Source of the DNA: Planctomycetota bacterium
Lineage (GTDB): Bacteria > Planctomycetota > UBA8108 > SXIK01
Length of the DNA: 64,000 bases
Reading direction: 5' to 3'
NCBI GenBank assembly: GCA_965223265.1
Contig: OZ244999.1
Location: forward strand, 5,536,001-5,600,000
Part shown: in pieces, positions 10,371 through 18,586 of the stretch
Layout: each line of letters begins with the position of its first letter
Numbering within the stretch: the first letter of the stretch is position 1
Program-made: the position numbers and the translations under genes
Notes under the pieces: model-generated
Database searches by the model: none
Seen by the model: only the letters and a program-made list of their open reading frames with translations
Told to the model about the DNA's origin: nothing

Positions 10371-13300
10371 TTAGCGTGGATAGACGAATTCCTTGAGGTT
10401 GAAGACGGCGTGGGCGACATCTCGCCACAATCGCTCGTCAGTCATGACGTCTGGCGGACTGGTATCATAGAGCGCCAGCAGTTCGGCGATCATCGACTCG
10501 AAGCGGTCAATCTCTTCAGGCGACGCCAATCGCCCAACGCCAGAGAGAAATACGGCGCCAAGACGGTCCCGCACGTTCGTGCTCCCATCCTTTACCAGCC
10601 GACTGGCCCAGTATCCAGCCTGCTGTAGCACAAACGGATCGTTGAGAAGCGTCAGCGCTTGAGATGGCACGTTGGTCACGTCGCGCCGACCGTTCGCGTG
10701 CTTTGGATCAGGCAGATTGAACACCGCAAGGAATGGCGGTTCCTCGGTGAGCGTCACGCGAATGTAGAGGCTCCGTCGCCCGTTCGCATCCAACGGTCCC
10801 GAAAACAGCTTTCGCGTAGGGCGCTCCTCCAAGCGAAAGGGATGAATGCTACGGCCGTAGAGCGAGCGATTGAGCTGCCGCGAGATCGTCAACATCGCGT
10901 CGCGGATCACCTCGCCCTCAAGACGACGTACAGCGTAGTGATGGAGAAGGCGATTTCCTGCGTCGGCTTCCATATTCCCACGAGTAGCGCGACTCGACAA
11001 TTGAAACGCCTCGGTCAACAGGAGCGAACGGACGAGCTTCTTGAGCGACCAACCATTCTCGATAAAGTCTCGCGCTAAGTAGTCAAGGAGCTCTGGATGG
11101 CTGGGTCGCTCGCCGAGCTGCCCAAAGTCGTCGCTTGTCGCCACGAGACCCGTTCCGAAGACGTGCTGCCAGACGCGATTGACAAAAACGCGTGCGGTGA
11201 GCGGGTTGTCCGGGCTGGCCACGAACTCAGCAAGCTCGCGACGTCCGCTGCCCGGCGCCAAAACGGTGGCGCTTGTGCCAGTTATCGACTCAACGTAGCC
11301 GCGAGCCACAAGCTCACCTGGCTGATGAGCCTCACCAGCAACTCGAAGCGGCACGTCGAACCCGCGGTCGAAGTCCGCCACTCCGGCTACAAGCCGCGGC
11401 GCTCCCAACGACGATTCGACCGCACGGTATCGAGCCACCAATTCCGCAACCGCAGCCGATGCGTCGAGGTGATTCGGCACCAGGTCGGCTTGCACCATCC
11501 AGTCCACCCAGATAGCGTCTCGATCAGTGGCGACGCCGTCGGCCCAGGCGTCGACGGCATTCGCCAAAACCTTCGCATACCGCTCGCCGACATCCGCCAA
11601 CGTCTGCGGCACGGTGCCGTCAAAGAGATCCAGCATGTAGGCGAGATCGACGCGAGGCGGCTCCTTGTCATCATGGAGGACCACGCGGCGAACACTGAAC
11701 TGCGAGCGGATGTCGTCGTGATCAACTCGCTTATCGTAAAAGATGCCAGGGTAGCCGTAGTCGTCGAACTTGGTCACAAATTCGACGAAAGCCGGAACGA
11801 ACGGCTCCTCCGCGGCGGTCTCCATCGTGCGCCATTCGAACCTTGTCGAAGAGAGCGGATGGGACGCGCCGTTGGTGACGGCGCAGTTCTCATAGACATT
11901 TCTCCAGGCAGCACGGCGGCCACCAGCCACCTCGAAGCTAACGAAACGTTTTTCCTTCGGGAGAAGTGGCGAACGCAGCGACGCGTTCAGGCGATTTGAA
12001 AGTCGGTGCGTATGGAATCCAGGTTGCAAAATCGAATGCACTACGCGGTCACCGTCGCAAGCAACGACAAAATCCACGCTCTCCGAAACACCATCGCTCG
12101 TCGCCAGACCGCTGCGATCCCACGCCGTCGTATTCCCGGAACGAAAATCGGCAAACAAATCGAAACGACTTTCGTTGAACGATGATCGCTGGCGCTGTTC
12201 GCTCCCGTAGAGTTCGCCGACCCGAGTCCAGGTGGCCGCGACGCTCACTTCCTCGAGCTGCACCTCGGCTGCAACCAGCGTCGCGCCGCGTTCGCCTTGC
12301 GCAACGGCGACAACTTCCAGCCAAGGCAACAGAAACAAGTCGAACTGCGGAGAACTCCTCGCGCCGTCAGATTCCTTTGTCTTCTTGTCCACCTTCTGCC
12401 GCGTGGTGTCGAGAGCCGCCACCCACTTGGCGAGCCGCTCCGAGTCGAGATCACCGTTCGCCGCCGCAGCGCCGTCTATCTTCGCCTGAGCGGCCGCGAG
12501 ATAGCGCCCCACCTTCGCGACCTCCTGCCGCCAAAGTGAGGCGATCGCAGAACGAATGCGTGGCTTTAGCGCGCGGAGTTGCCGCTTTTGCGCGTCGTAC
12601 AGATCGGGACGGTCGATGGTGTGTACGACCTGACGAGAGCTCGCAAAGATGCCACTGAGTGCATAGTACTCACGGAGCGACACCGCATCGAACTTGTGGT
12701 CGTGACAGCGCGCACACGCCAGAGTCGTTGCTTGGAAAGCTTTCGAAAACGTATCGATCTGGTGATCGATCACATCGAGGTTATTCTCGGGGAACTTCCG
12801 GCAGTCGTCGTGATCCACTTCGCCGAATCGAAAAAAAGCCGTTCCGATGCGCGACTCGTTGACCGCCGCAGACTCATTCCAGCGTGGCTCCTCGAGTAGA
12901 TCCCCGGCGATGTGCTCACGGACAAACATGTCGTAAGGCACGTCAGCGTTCAACGCGCGCACGACGTAGTCTCGGTATCGCCAAGCTCCCCGCAGGTCCA
13001 CGTTCCACTCGTGGCCGTGCGACTCACCGTAGCCGACGACGTCCATCCAATGCCGAGCCCACCGTTCGCCGAAGTGAGGCGACGCCAGCAACCGATCGAC
13101 GACGCGCTCAAAAGCTCGCGGATCGCGGTCGGAGATGAACGACTCGATTTCGACGCCGCTCGGAGGCAAGCCAGTAAGCACGAAATGAGTTCGTCGCAGA
13201 AGCGAGTAGCGATCTGCGGGCTCGCTTCGCGATAGACCTTCTTGCCGCAGCGCGGCAAGAAGAAACCTGTCGATGGGCTGTGCGCCCTGGTCCGCTGCTG

Positions 13301-13859
13301 AAGTCGGCGGCTTGGCGGCGGCGAGCGCTCGTCGGCTCCACCAGTTCTCGCCCCCGGCGCTGCCGGCGTCGGTCGTCGCGGCCTGTGTACTCAACTCCTC
13401 GCGTGGGTCGTACGCGCCGCTTCGAATCCAGATGGAGAAATCTCTGACGACATTCTCAGGCAACTTCTCCTTCGGCGGCATGGCTGGCCCATCGTGACGG
13501 AGGGCCTTCACGAGCAAACTCGCCTCGACGTCCCCGGGGACCACTGCAGGCCCAGAGTCACCCCCGCGGCGAATGGCAATGCGGGAGTCAAGGAGCAGCC
13601 CCGCCTTTGGCTCACTCGTTCGACGTGAGTGACAGCTGTAGCACTTAGAAACCAGCACCGGTCGAATTCTTCGCTCGAAGAACTCAGCGTCAGCCGCGGC
13701 GCGCGGCTCTTCGCTTCGACCGGCCAGCCCCTGCGGCACCAAGAAAAGCCAGACGAACGCGACGATCAGGCAGGCACGAGCGCCGAACAGCCAAGCAGGC
13801 GGCCTGTATCCGCTGGACACAGCGACCTGACGTTTTAGCTGTTGACTGATCACTAGCAT
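10371..13859 (-). CDS. Planctomycete cytochrome c domain protein with DUF1549 (PSCyt2) and DUF1553 (PSD1)
   Basis: FFERRIRPVLVSKCYSCH, GERWARHWMDV, CARCHDHKFD, NPLTARVFVNRVW, PSHPELLDYLA, QALTLLND; signal peptide. Exact start uncertain. Confidence 0.92.
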   Translation of the reverse strand: MLVISQQLKRQVAVSSGYRPPAWLFGARACLIVAFVWLFLVPQGLAGRSEEPRAAADAEFFERRIRPVLVSKCYSCHSRRTSEPKAGLLLDSRIAIRRGGDSGPAVVPGDVEASLLVKALRHDGPAMPPKEKLPENVVRDFSIWIRSGAYDPREELSTQAATTDAGSAGGENWWSRRALAAAKPPTSAADQGAQPIDRFLLAALRQEGLSRSEPADRYSLLRRTHFVLTGLPPSGVEIESFISDRDPRAFERVVDRLLASPHFGERWARHWMDVVGYGESHGHEWNVDLRGAWRYRDYVVRALNADVPYDMFVREHIAGDLLEEPRWNESAAVNESRIGTAFFRFGEVDHDDCRKFPENNLDVIDHQIDTFSKAFQATTLACARCHDHKFDAVSLREYYALSGIFASSRQVVHTIDRPDLYDAQKRQLRALKPRIRSAIASLWRQEVAKVGRYLAAAQAKIDGAAAANGDLDSERLAKWVAALDTTRQKVDKKTKESDGARSSPQFDLFLLPWLEVVAVAQGERGATLVAAEVQLEEVSVAATWTRVGELYGSEQRQRSSFNESRFDLFADFRSGNTTAWDRSGLATSDGVSESVDFVVACDGDRVVHSILQPGFHTHRLSNRLNASLRSPLLPKEKRFVSFEVAGGRRAAWRNVYENCAVTNGASHPLSSTRFEWRTMETAAEEPFVPAFVEFVTKFDDYGYPGIFYDKRVDHDDIRSQFSVRRVVLHDDKEPPRVDLAYMLDLFDGTVPQTLADVGERYAKVLANAVDAWADGVATDRDAIWVDWMVQADLVPNHLDASAAVAELVARYRAVESSLGAPRLVAGVADFDRGFDVPLRVAGEAHQPGELVARGYVESITGTSATVLAPGSGRRELAEFVASPDNPLTARVFVNRVWQHVFGTGLVATSDDFGQLGERPSHPELLDYLARDFIENGWSLKKLVRSLLLTEAFQLSSRATRGNMEADAGNRLLHHYAVRRLEGEVIRDAMLTISRQLNRSLYGRSIHPFRLEERPTRKLFSGPLDANGRRSLYIRVTLTEEPPFLAVFNLPDPKHANGRRDVTNVPSQALTLLNDPFVLQQAGYWASRLVKDGSTNVRDRLGAVFLSGVGRLASPEEIDRFESMIAELLALYDTSPPDVMTDERLWRDVAHAVFNLKEFVYPR

Positions 13860-14159
13860 TCCCGGGCCAAGGGCTTCGAGACAAGTTCCTCGCTGAGTGG
13901 CGTCGCGACCTGTTCAGATCGCTAACCATGCTCACCGCCACCTGAAAACCACCCGCCGGCGGCGGGCAAAGATCGTGGTGGTCTCGCGGCCCTATTAGAC
14001 AGTGGCGCGCCAGTCTACACAACATCGATCCGGCCGTCGCAGCCGGGCCGTCTGTGCGGCTGGATGCAAGCTGGCGCGACGTCGGTAGCGACAGCCGTCG
14101 GCCGTGTCTCCCACGCTTCCCGATGATCGCACGGCGACGTCGGGCGTCACGTAGTCAGC

Positions 14160-14693
14160 CTATGGCCACAAATCGACATTCCCAGGAATCGTTTCGCGTT
14201 CGCGACCCTTTCCAACTTCGTCACGCGATCTCGCCTCCTCGAGAAGGAATCGGTCGATACGGAGGCCAGCGGCAGGAAGAGGAAACACCTCGTCGCCCGA
14301 AAAAATCTCGAACGAGTAGAAAGGCTGATCCCAAGTACTGATGTGTCGCACGATGTGGGCAGTGTGCTTTTTCAAGACGCGCTCCAGCGCGGACTTCTCC
14401 ACCAGCCCCTTCGCGACCAGCAGCACTCCAAGTGGCTGCCGTGGAACCGACTCCGCCTGTTCCCGAAGAGCAGAGTTTAGGTCGACCAGAGAGATGAGCC
14501 CGTCTTCGACGAGCACATACCCAAGTCGCTTCTGAGTGTCGGCGGTCGCATAGACGATGCGATGATTCTGCACGAAAATGCGACCTGATCCGTGCAGACC
14601 GCCCACGTAGAGCGTTCCTGAACGGGCCGAGGCGTTGATCATCTGAAGCAGTTCCGATAGTGAGAGACCATCGAGTCGTCCGATGAGGTTCAT
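14160..14693 (-). CDS. PatA-N/DUF4388 domain protein containing a tandem MshEN motif
   Basis: G.L..LSLSELLQMI..SARSGTL start and LLEEAR..DE end; internal RLGYVLVEDGLISLVDLNSALREQ. Confidence 0.85.
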   Translation of the reverse strand: MNLIGRLDGLSLSELLQMINASARSGTLYVGGLHGSGRIFVQNHRIVYATADTQKRLGYVLVEDGLISLVDLNSALREQAESVPRQPLGVLLVAKGLVEKSALERVLKKHTAHIVRHISTWDQPFYSFEIFSGDEVFPLPAAGLRIDRFLLEEARSRDEVGKGRERETIPGNVDLWP

Positions 14694-14720
14694 GCTTGTC
14701 CTTCTTGCTCCGCTAACGGC

Positions 14721-15350
14721 CTACCGGCCTGATTCTTTCGGGTCCATGATCAAAGTCGTGTCGTCCTCCGGAAGAGGCGGATTCTTCGGCTCGTCCGGAG
14801 CGTACTGTCCCATCAAAAAGTCGACCTGAAACTTCCAAGCGTCGACCTCTCTCCGGCTCTTCTGGTAATCGGTGTCTAGTGCGTCGAGTTTGGTACGCGT
14901 CAGCTCAAGCGCCTCTTCGGTCTGCGCGAGCTTCGCTCTTAGGCCTGTGACTTCGCTCTCAAGCGTTTGCGCTTTCGCCACTGCATCGGTTGAGTCTTGA
15001 CACGCCTTCGTGAGCTCTTCGATGCTCTCCGTATGCTCTGCAAGGCTCCGCTGTGAGGCATCGAGCTGTTCGCAAAGCTGAACATACTCTTCGCTCTCGG
15101 CTTCGAGTTGTTTCTCGAGGTCTTGAACCTTTCGCTCCAGCGACTCCGCGCGCTCACCGGTGCTGGCGAGGCGCCCCTCGAGCTCGGCGATTTTCGTCCC
15201 GTCGGATGCCTGCATCTTCGACTGACTCAGGAGCATGTCCTTCAGCTTCGCGTTCTCGGCGGCGAGATCTGCGTTACGCTCCTCGGCAGCATCGAGCGCT
15301 GAGCTGAGCTGGCGGATTTCTTCTTGATAGATAACGGATTGATCGTCCAC
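14721..15350 (-). CDS. Coiled-coil protein of unknown function
   Basis: Continuous heptad-like E/Q/K/L-rich sequence of ~175 aa; co-oriented 27 bp upstream of the DUF4388 gene. Confidence 0.7.
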   Translation of the reverse strand: MDDQSVIYQEEIRQLSSALDAAEERNADLAAENAKLKDMLLSQSKMQASDGTKIAELEGRLASTGERAESLERKVQDLEKQLEAESEEYVQLCEQLDASQRSLAEHTESIEELTKACQDSTDAVAKAQTLESEVTGLRAKLAQTEEALELTRTKLDALDTDYQKSRREVDAWKFQVDFLMGQYAPDEPKNPPLPEDDTTLIMDPKESGR

Positions 15351-15820
15351 GTTTCGTCGGATCTGTGGCTATACGCTGATAGGCTATCGAGCGAAGAACA
15401 AGTGAGTTTTCCGATCTGAGTCGCCACCGCCGCAACTCCAGACCGAAAGGGTTCGCTGCTCTCTCACCGCTGAAATCAGTCAACCTTGAGGCCGTTCGTT
15501 CCACGAGCTGGCGCGACCCAGTAGAGACTGCGCCAACGAGGGCACGTTCCGAAGACTCTGCTATCTAGATTCAAGAGCACAACGAAGTATGAAACGGAGA
15601 GCGAAGAACGGCAAACAACCGAGACATAACCTCCCATCATCGACCCAGCGAAGTACCGAAAACGGCTCTCTGCTCAGGAAAGAAAAAATAGCCGTCGATA
15701 AGAGTACACATGCCTCCAAATTGGAGACGTCGCGTACGCGGTTCGTAGTATGGCTGCATGCGATCGTGGCTAGCTTCGCGCGCAAATGCAGCGAAGTTCA
15801 TGCAGATGGCGAGGAGCCCT

Positions 15821-17317
15821 ATGAACCCTCCGCGACGACTACAACGTCCCATCCAAGACGAACACACAGCGGAGTCGTCTGTTCGCGAGGACAGCGACCG
15901 AACAGCGAAGACAGTGACCACACCGAAAACGCTGATCCTCGTCATCGACGACAGCGCCACCGTACGCAAGTTCGCTCAAAAGTGCCTGCAGGAAGGACCG
16001 TACCAGGTCACGGTCGTCGCAAGCGGAGACGAGGGAGTTGCCGCCGCACGAAACGAAGCCCCTGGTCTTGTTCTGCTTGACTACACGCTCCAAGAAGGCT
16101 TGGGCACGGAGGTGTGCGAACGCCTGTCAGAGAATCCAGAGCTCGCAGACATCCCGATTATCCTCATGTCCGGGAAGGGAGAGCAGGTCTCGGACTGCTC
16201 TCACGACTACCCTTCGATCGTTTCAGTACTGACAAAGCCATTCACAAAATCTGTGCTCCTATCTGCGGTCGAGAGCGCCTTAGAGAAAGTCGACGCAGCC
16301 AAGAAAGCTGCCGCGTCGCTCGACGACATTCGCGATCGTCTCGACAGTCTGGTTACAAAAGCCGCCGAAGTGGCGGACCAAGGACCACGACGCATCGTCG
16401 TCGAGCAAGTCAAAGCATTGGTTACAAGCCGGCTGTGTGAACGGGTTCTGCGCGCAATCGAGGCTACAGGCGAGCAGCCGCGAGACGCTGCGGTGAATGC
16501 ACTCGTCAGCTCCGTCACGGAAAGCAGCTTTATCGCCGCTTTGAGCTCCGAGGTGCATGACAAGTATGAACGCCTTCGAAAAGCTGAGTTTGCTGCCAGC
16601 GGCGGAGTCCTCAGCCTCTCTGACGTTCTTCAGGCTCTGGCCAACAAATCACTCACGGGAGTGCTCGAAGTTGCCTGCGACAATAGGGAGATCGACATTT
16701 GCGTCAGCGACGGGAAAGTCTGCTTCCTCAACCCTCGCAGAATTCCGCTCTACGAAGTGCAGTCGTTGTGCTTTCGTGGGTTTCGGGTACCGAAAGAGTA
16801 TGTGCACGACCACCTTCGAACTGCGACGCGAAATGAAGAATCGATCTTCGTCCGCATGGTCGAAGATGGAGTGCTCGATCACAAGAAAGGGCTCCGTGTC
16901 ATGCGAGCCCTTGGCGTAGAAATCCTCCGGTCGTGCGTAGACAAGAACAAAAACTACCGGATGGAGTACTTCGCGAAGCCGCGGATTCCTGATGCATTCC
17001 TCGACTTTGACCTGCGGATCCCAGCCGAGCAATTCTTGCTCGAACTTTGCACCCGCATCGACGAATGGGAGCTTCTCGAGCCAGAGAGTAAAGACACCGA
17101 AGCCATCTTCGCCGTCACGGGAAGCTCGTTGACGACCAGTATCCGTGACGATCAGCTTCTGCGAGTTCTGAGTGCCATCAACGGACGCCGCAGAATTCCA
17201 GAAATCTCCGAGACGTGTCGCGTCAGCACTTTCGAAGTATGTCAGTCACTCTCAAGGCTGCTGCGAATGGGGATGATACGCGTCGAGCTACCCACGGCGG
17301 CCGGACAAACCGTGTGA
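15821..17317 (+). CDS. Response regulator: REC + PatA-N/DUF4388 + C-terminal winged-helix-like segment
   Basis: ATG 15821 follows GAGGAG; REC motifs VIDDS, LLDY, MSG, KPF; LSDVLQAL..KSLTGVL; IDEW. Confidence 0.8.
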   Translation: MNPPRRLQRPIQDEHTAESSVREDSDRTAKTVTTPKTLILVIDDSATVRKFAQKCLQEGPYQVTVVASGDEGVAAARNEAPGLVLLDYTLQEGLGTEVCERLSENPELADIPIILMSGKGEQVSDCSHDYPSIVSVLTKPFTKSVLLSAVESALEKVDAAKKAAASLDDIRDRLDSLVTKAAEVADQGPRRIVVEQVKALVTSRLCERVLRAIEATGEQPRDAAVNALVSSVTESSFIAALSSEVHDKYERLRKAEFAASGGVLSLSDVLQALANKSLTGVLEVACDNREIDICVSDGKVCFLNPRRIPLYEVQSLCFRGFRVPKEYVHDHLRTATRNEESIFVRMVEDGVLDHKKGLRVMRALGVEILRSCVDKNKNYRMEYFAKPRIPDAFLDFDLRIPAEQFLLELCTRIDEWELLEPESKDTEAIFAVTGSSLTTSIRDDQLLRVLSAINGRRRIPEISETCRVSTFEVCQSLSRLLRMGMIRVELPTAAGQTV

Positions 17318-17354
17318 ATCCACCTTCGCCAAGCAACCGGAGCGCTGAAGACGA

Positions 17355-18077
17355 TCAACTGCGACGCTCTTGGTCCGCGCTTTCCAATCGGCTGATGATC
17401 AGTCCGAGTAAATCTCGAAACGAGCCCGGGTCGCGAGCTTTTGGCGTCTGCTCCGCCGGACGTTGCGTGTCGCCGGTTGGAGCTCGACACCCACGACGCC
17501 TGTGAAGTTCTTCTCGGAATGACACTCGCTCTTCGTCTGAGAGCTCAATCGGAACGATGCGGACGCCCAAGAGGCGCCCCAGATCGTCGATTTGCTCCGG
17601 ACTCAAACTGCGCTCGGCAGTCATCAGGACACCACGCGTGTCACCTTGGGCGAGGAACAGAAGCACACCGTGCTCCTCGGCCAGCGTCTCCGGAACCTTG
17701 TCGAGAAGCCGGAAATACACCCGGAGCTTGCTGACGTCCACGTCTGGCGGTGCATCGCTCGCGATCTCCGCCGTCGATGTCCCCGTGTGAGAGAGCGCAT
17801 CAACGAGAGTCTCTAGTTCGCTCTCTTGAAGAAGCCCGAGCCTCTTCAAGACGCTCGCCAGTCGCCCCCCGTTCGCGTCGCAATACTCGAGAGCTGCTTT
17901 GAGATGGGCGGAAGAGACAATCTCACGCCGTGACAGCTCTGCAACGAGCTCGTCGTCGGTGAGATCGGCAAGCTTTGTTCCGGCGTCAGCGTCGACCGGA
18001 TTGTGATGCACGTGCGGTACCTCGGTATGCGCCCTGACTATTGGAGGTAGGAAAGAGGGCAGAAGTCGAATCGCCAC
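17355..18077 (-). CDS. Stand-alone PilB/GspE N-terminal (T2SSE_N, degenerate MshEN-like) domain protein; start uncertain
   Basis: HLKAALEYC..GGRLASVLKRLGLLQESEL helices, then LLDKVPETLAEEHGVL..IDDLGRLLG..IVPI; no Walker motifs. Confidence 0.6.
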   Translation of the reverse strand: MAIRLLPSFLPPIVRAHTEVPHVHHNPVDADAGTKLADLTDDELVAELSRREIVSSAHLKAALEYCDANGGRLASVLKRLGLLQESELETLVDALSHTGTSTAEIASDAPPDVDVSKLRVYFRLLDKVPETLAEEHGVLLFLAQGDTRGVLMTAERSLSPEQIDDLGRLLGVRIVPIELSDEERVSFREELHRRRGCRAPTGDTQRPAEQTPKARDPGSFRDLLGLIISRLESADQERRS

Positions 18078-18586
18078 TCTGACTCGGCGGGCGAGTGTTG
18101 ATCGAGACCAACCCAGCGACGTGTGAAGTCTACGACGGAGAGCTTCGCGCGAGCAACTCGAGTTCCCGGAATCTAGTTCTTACGTACAAACTACGACGTT
18201 CTCCGTGTTCCAAGTGAGGCGCCACGCCCTCTTGCGGCCACGGACGCCGCTAGTAGACCTAGTCCGAAGCACGCTTGCTTCACGCCGGAGTTTTTCCGCA
18301 CCCTACGCTCCGAGAACATGCCTGGAGTTCCGCTTTGCCAAGCGAGCGTCCCACAACCGCCTGCGCTTCACTCAGTCGCGCCCCTAGAAACCGGCTCTCA
18401 AGTCGCATGCGGGCGTCAGTCTCGGAAGTTGGCTCATGAGAAAGAATTAATTCATTTGTTGACAACGCCATCCTACCTGGCCCCGGCGTAGAGAAGAGCT
18501 TCAGATTTGCCATCTCACCGACCGACGAAAACAGTCCTGGTGATCTGTAACTCAATTCTTTTCTTTTCGATTCGAGGGCAACTCTC

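Noticed and set aside
15351-15820. c-di-GMP riboswitch in the divergent intergenic region
   Set aside because: A GAAA-loop stem is present (ACCGAAAGGG), but the GEMM-I/II consensus was not found on either strand.
18440-18500. TTGACA and AT-rich palindrome GAATTAATTC upstream of the MCP
   Set aside because: No -10 hexamer at 16-18 bp spacing; probably regulatory but cannot be assigned.
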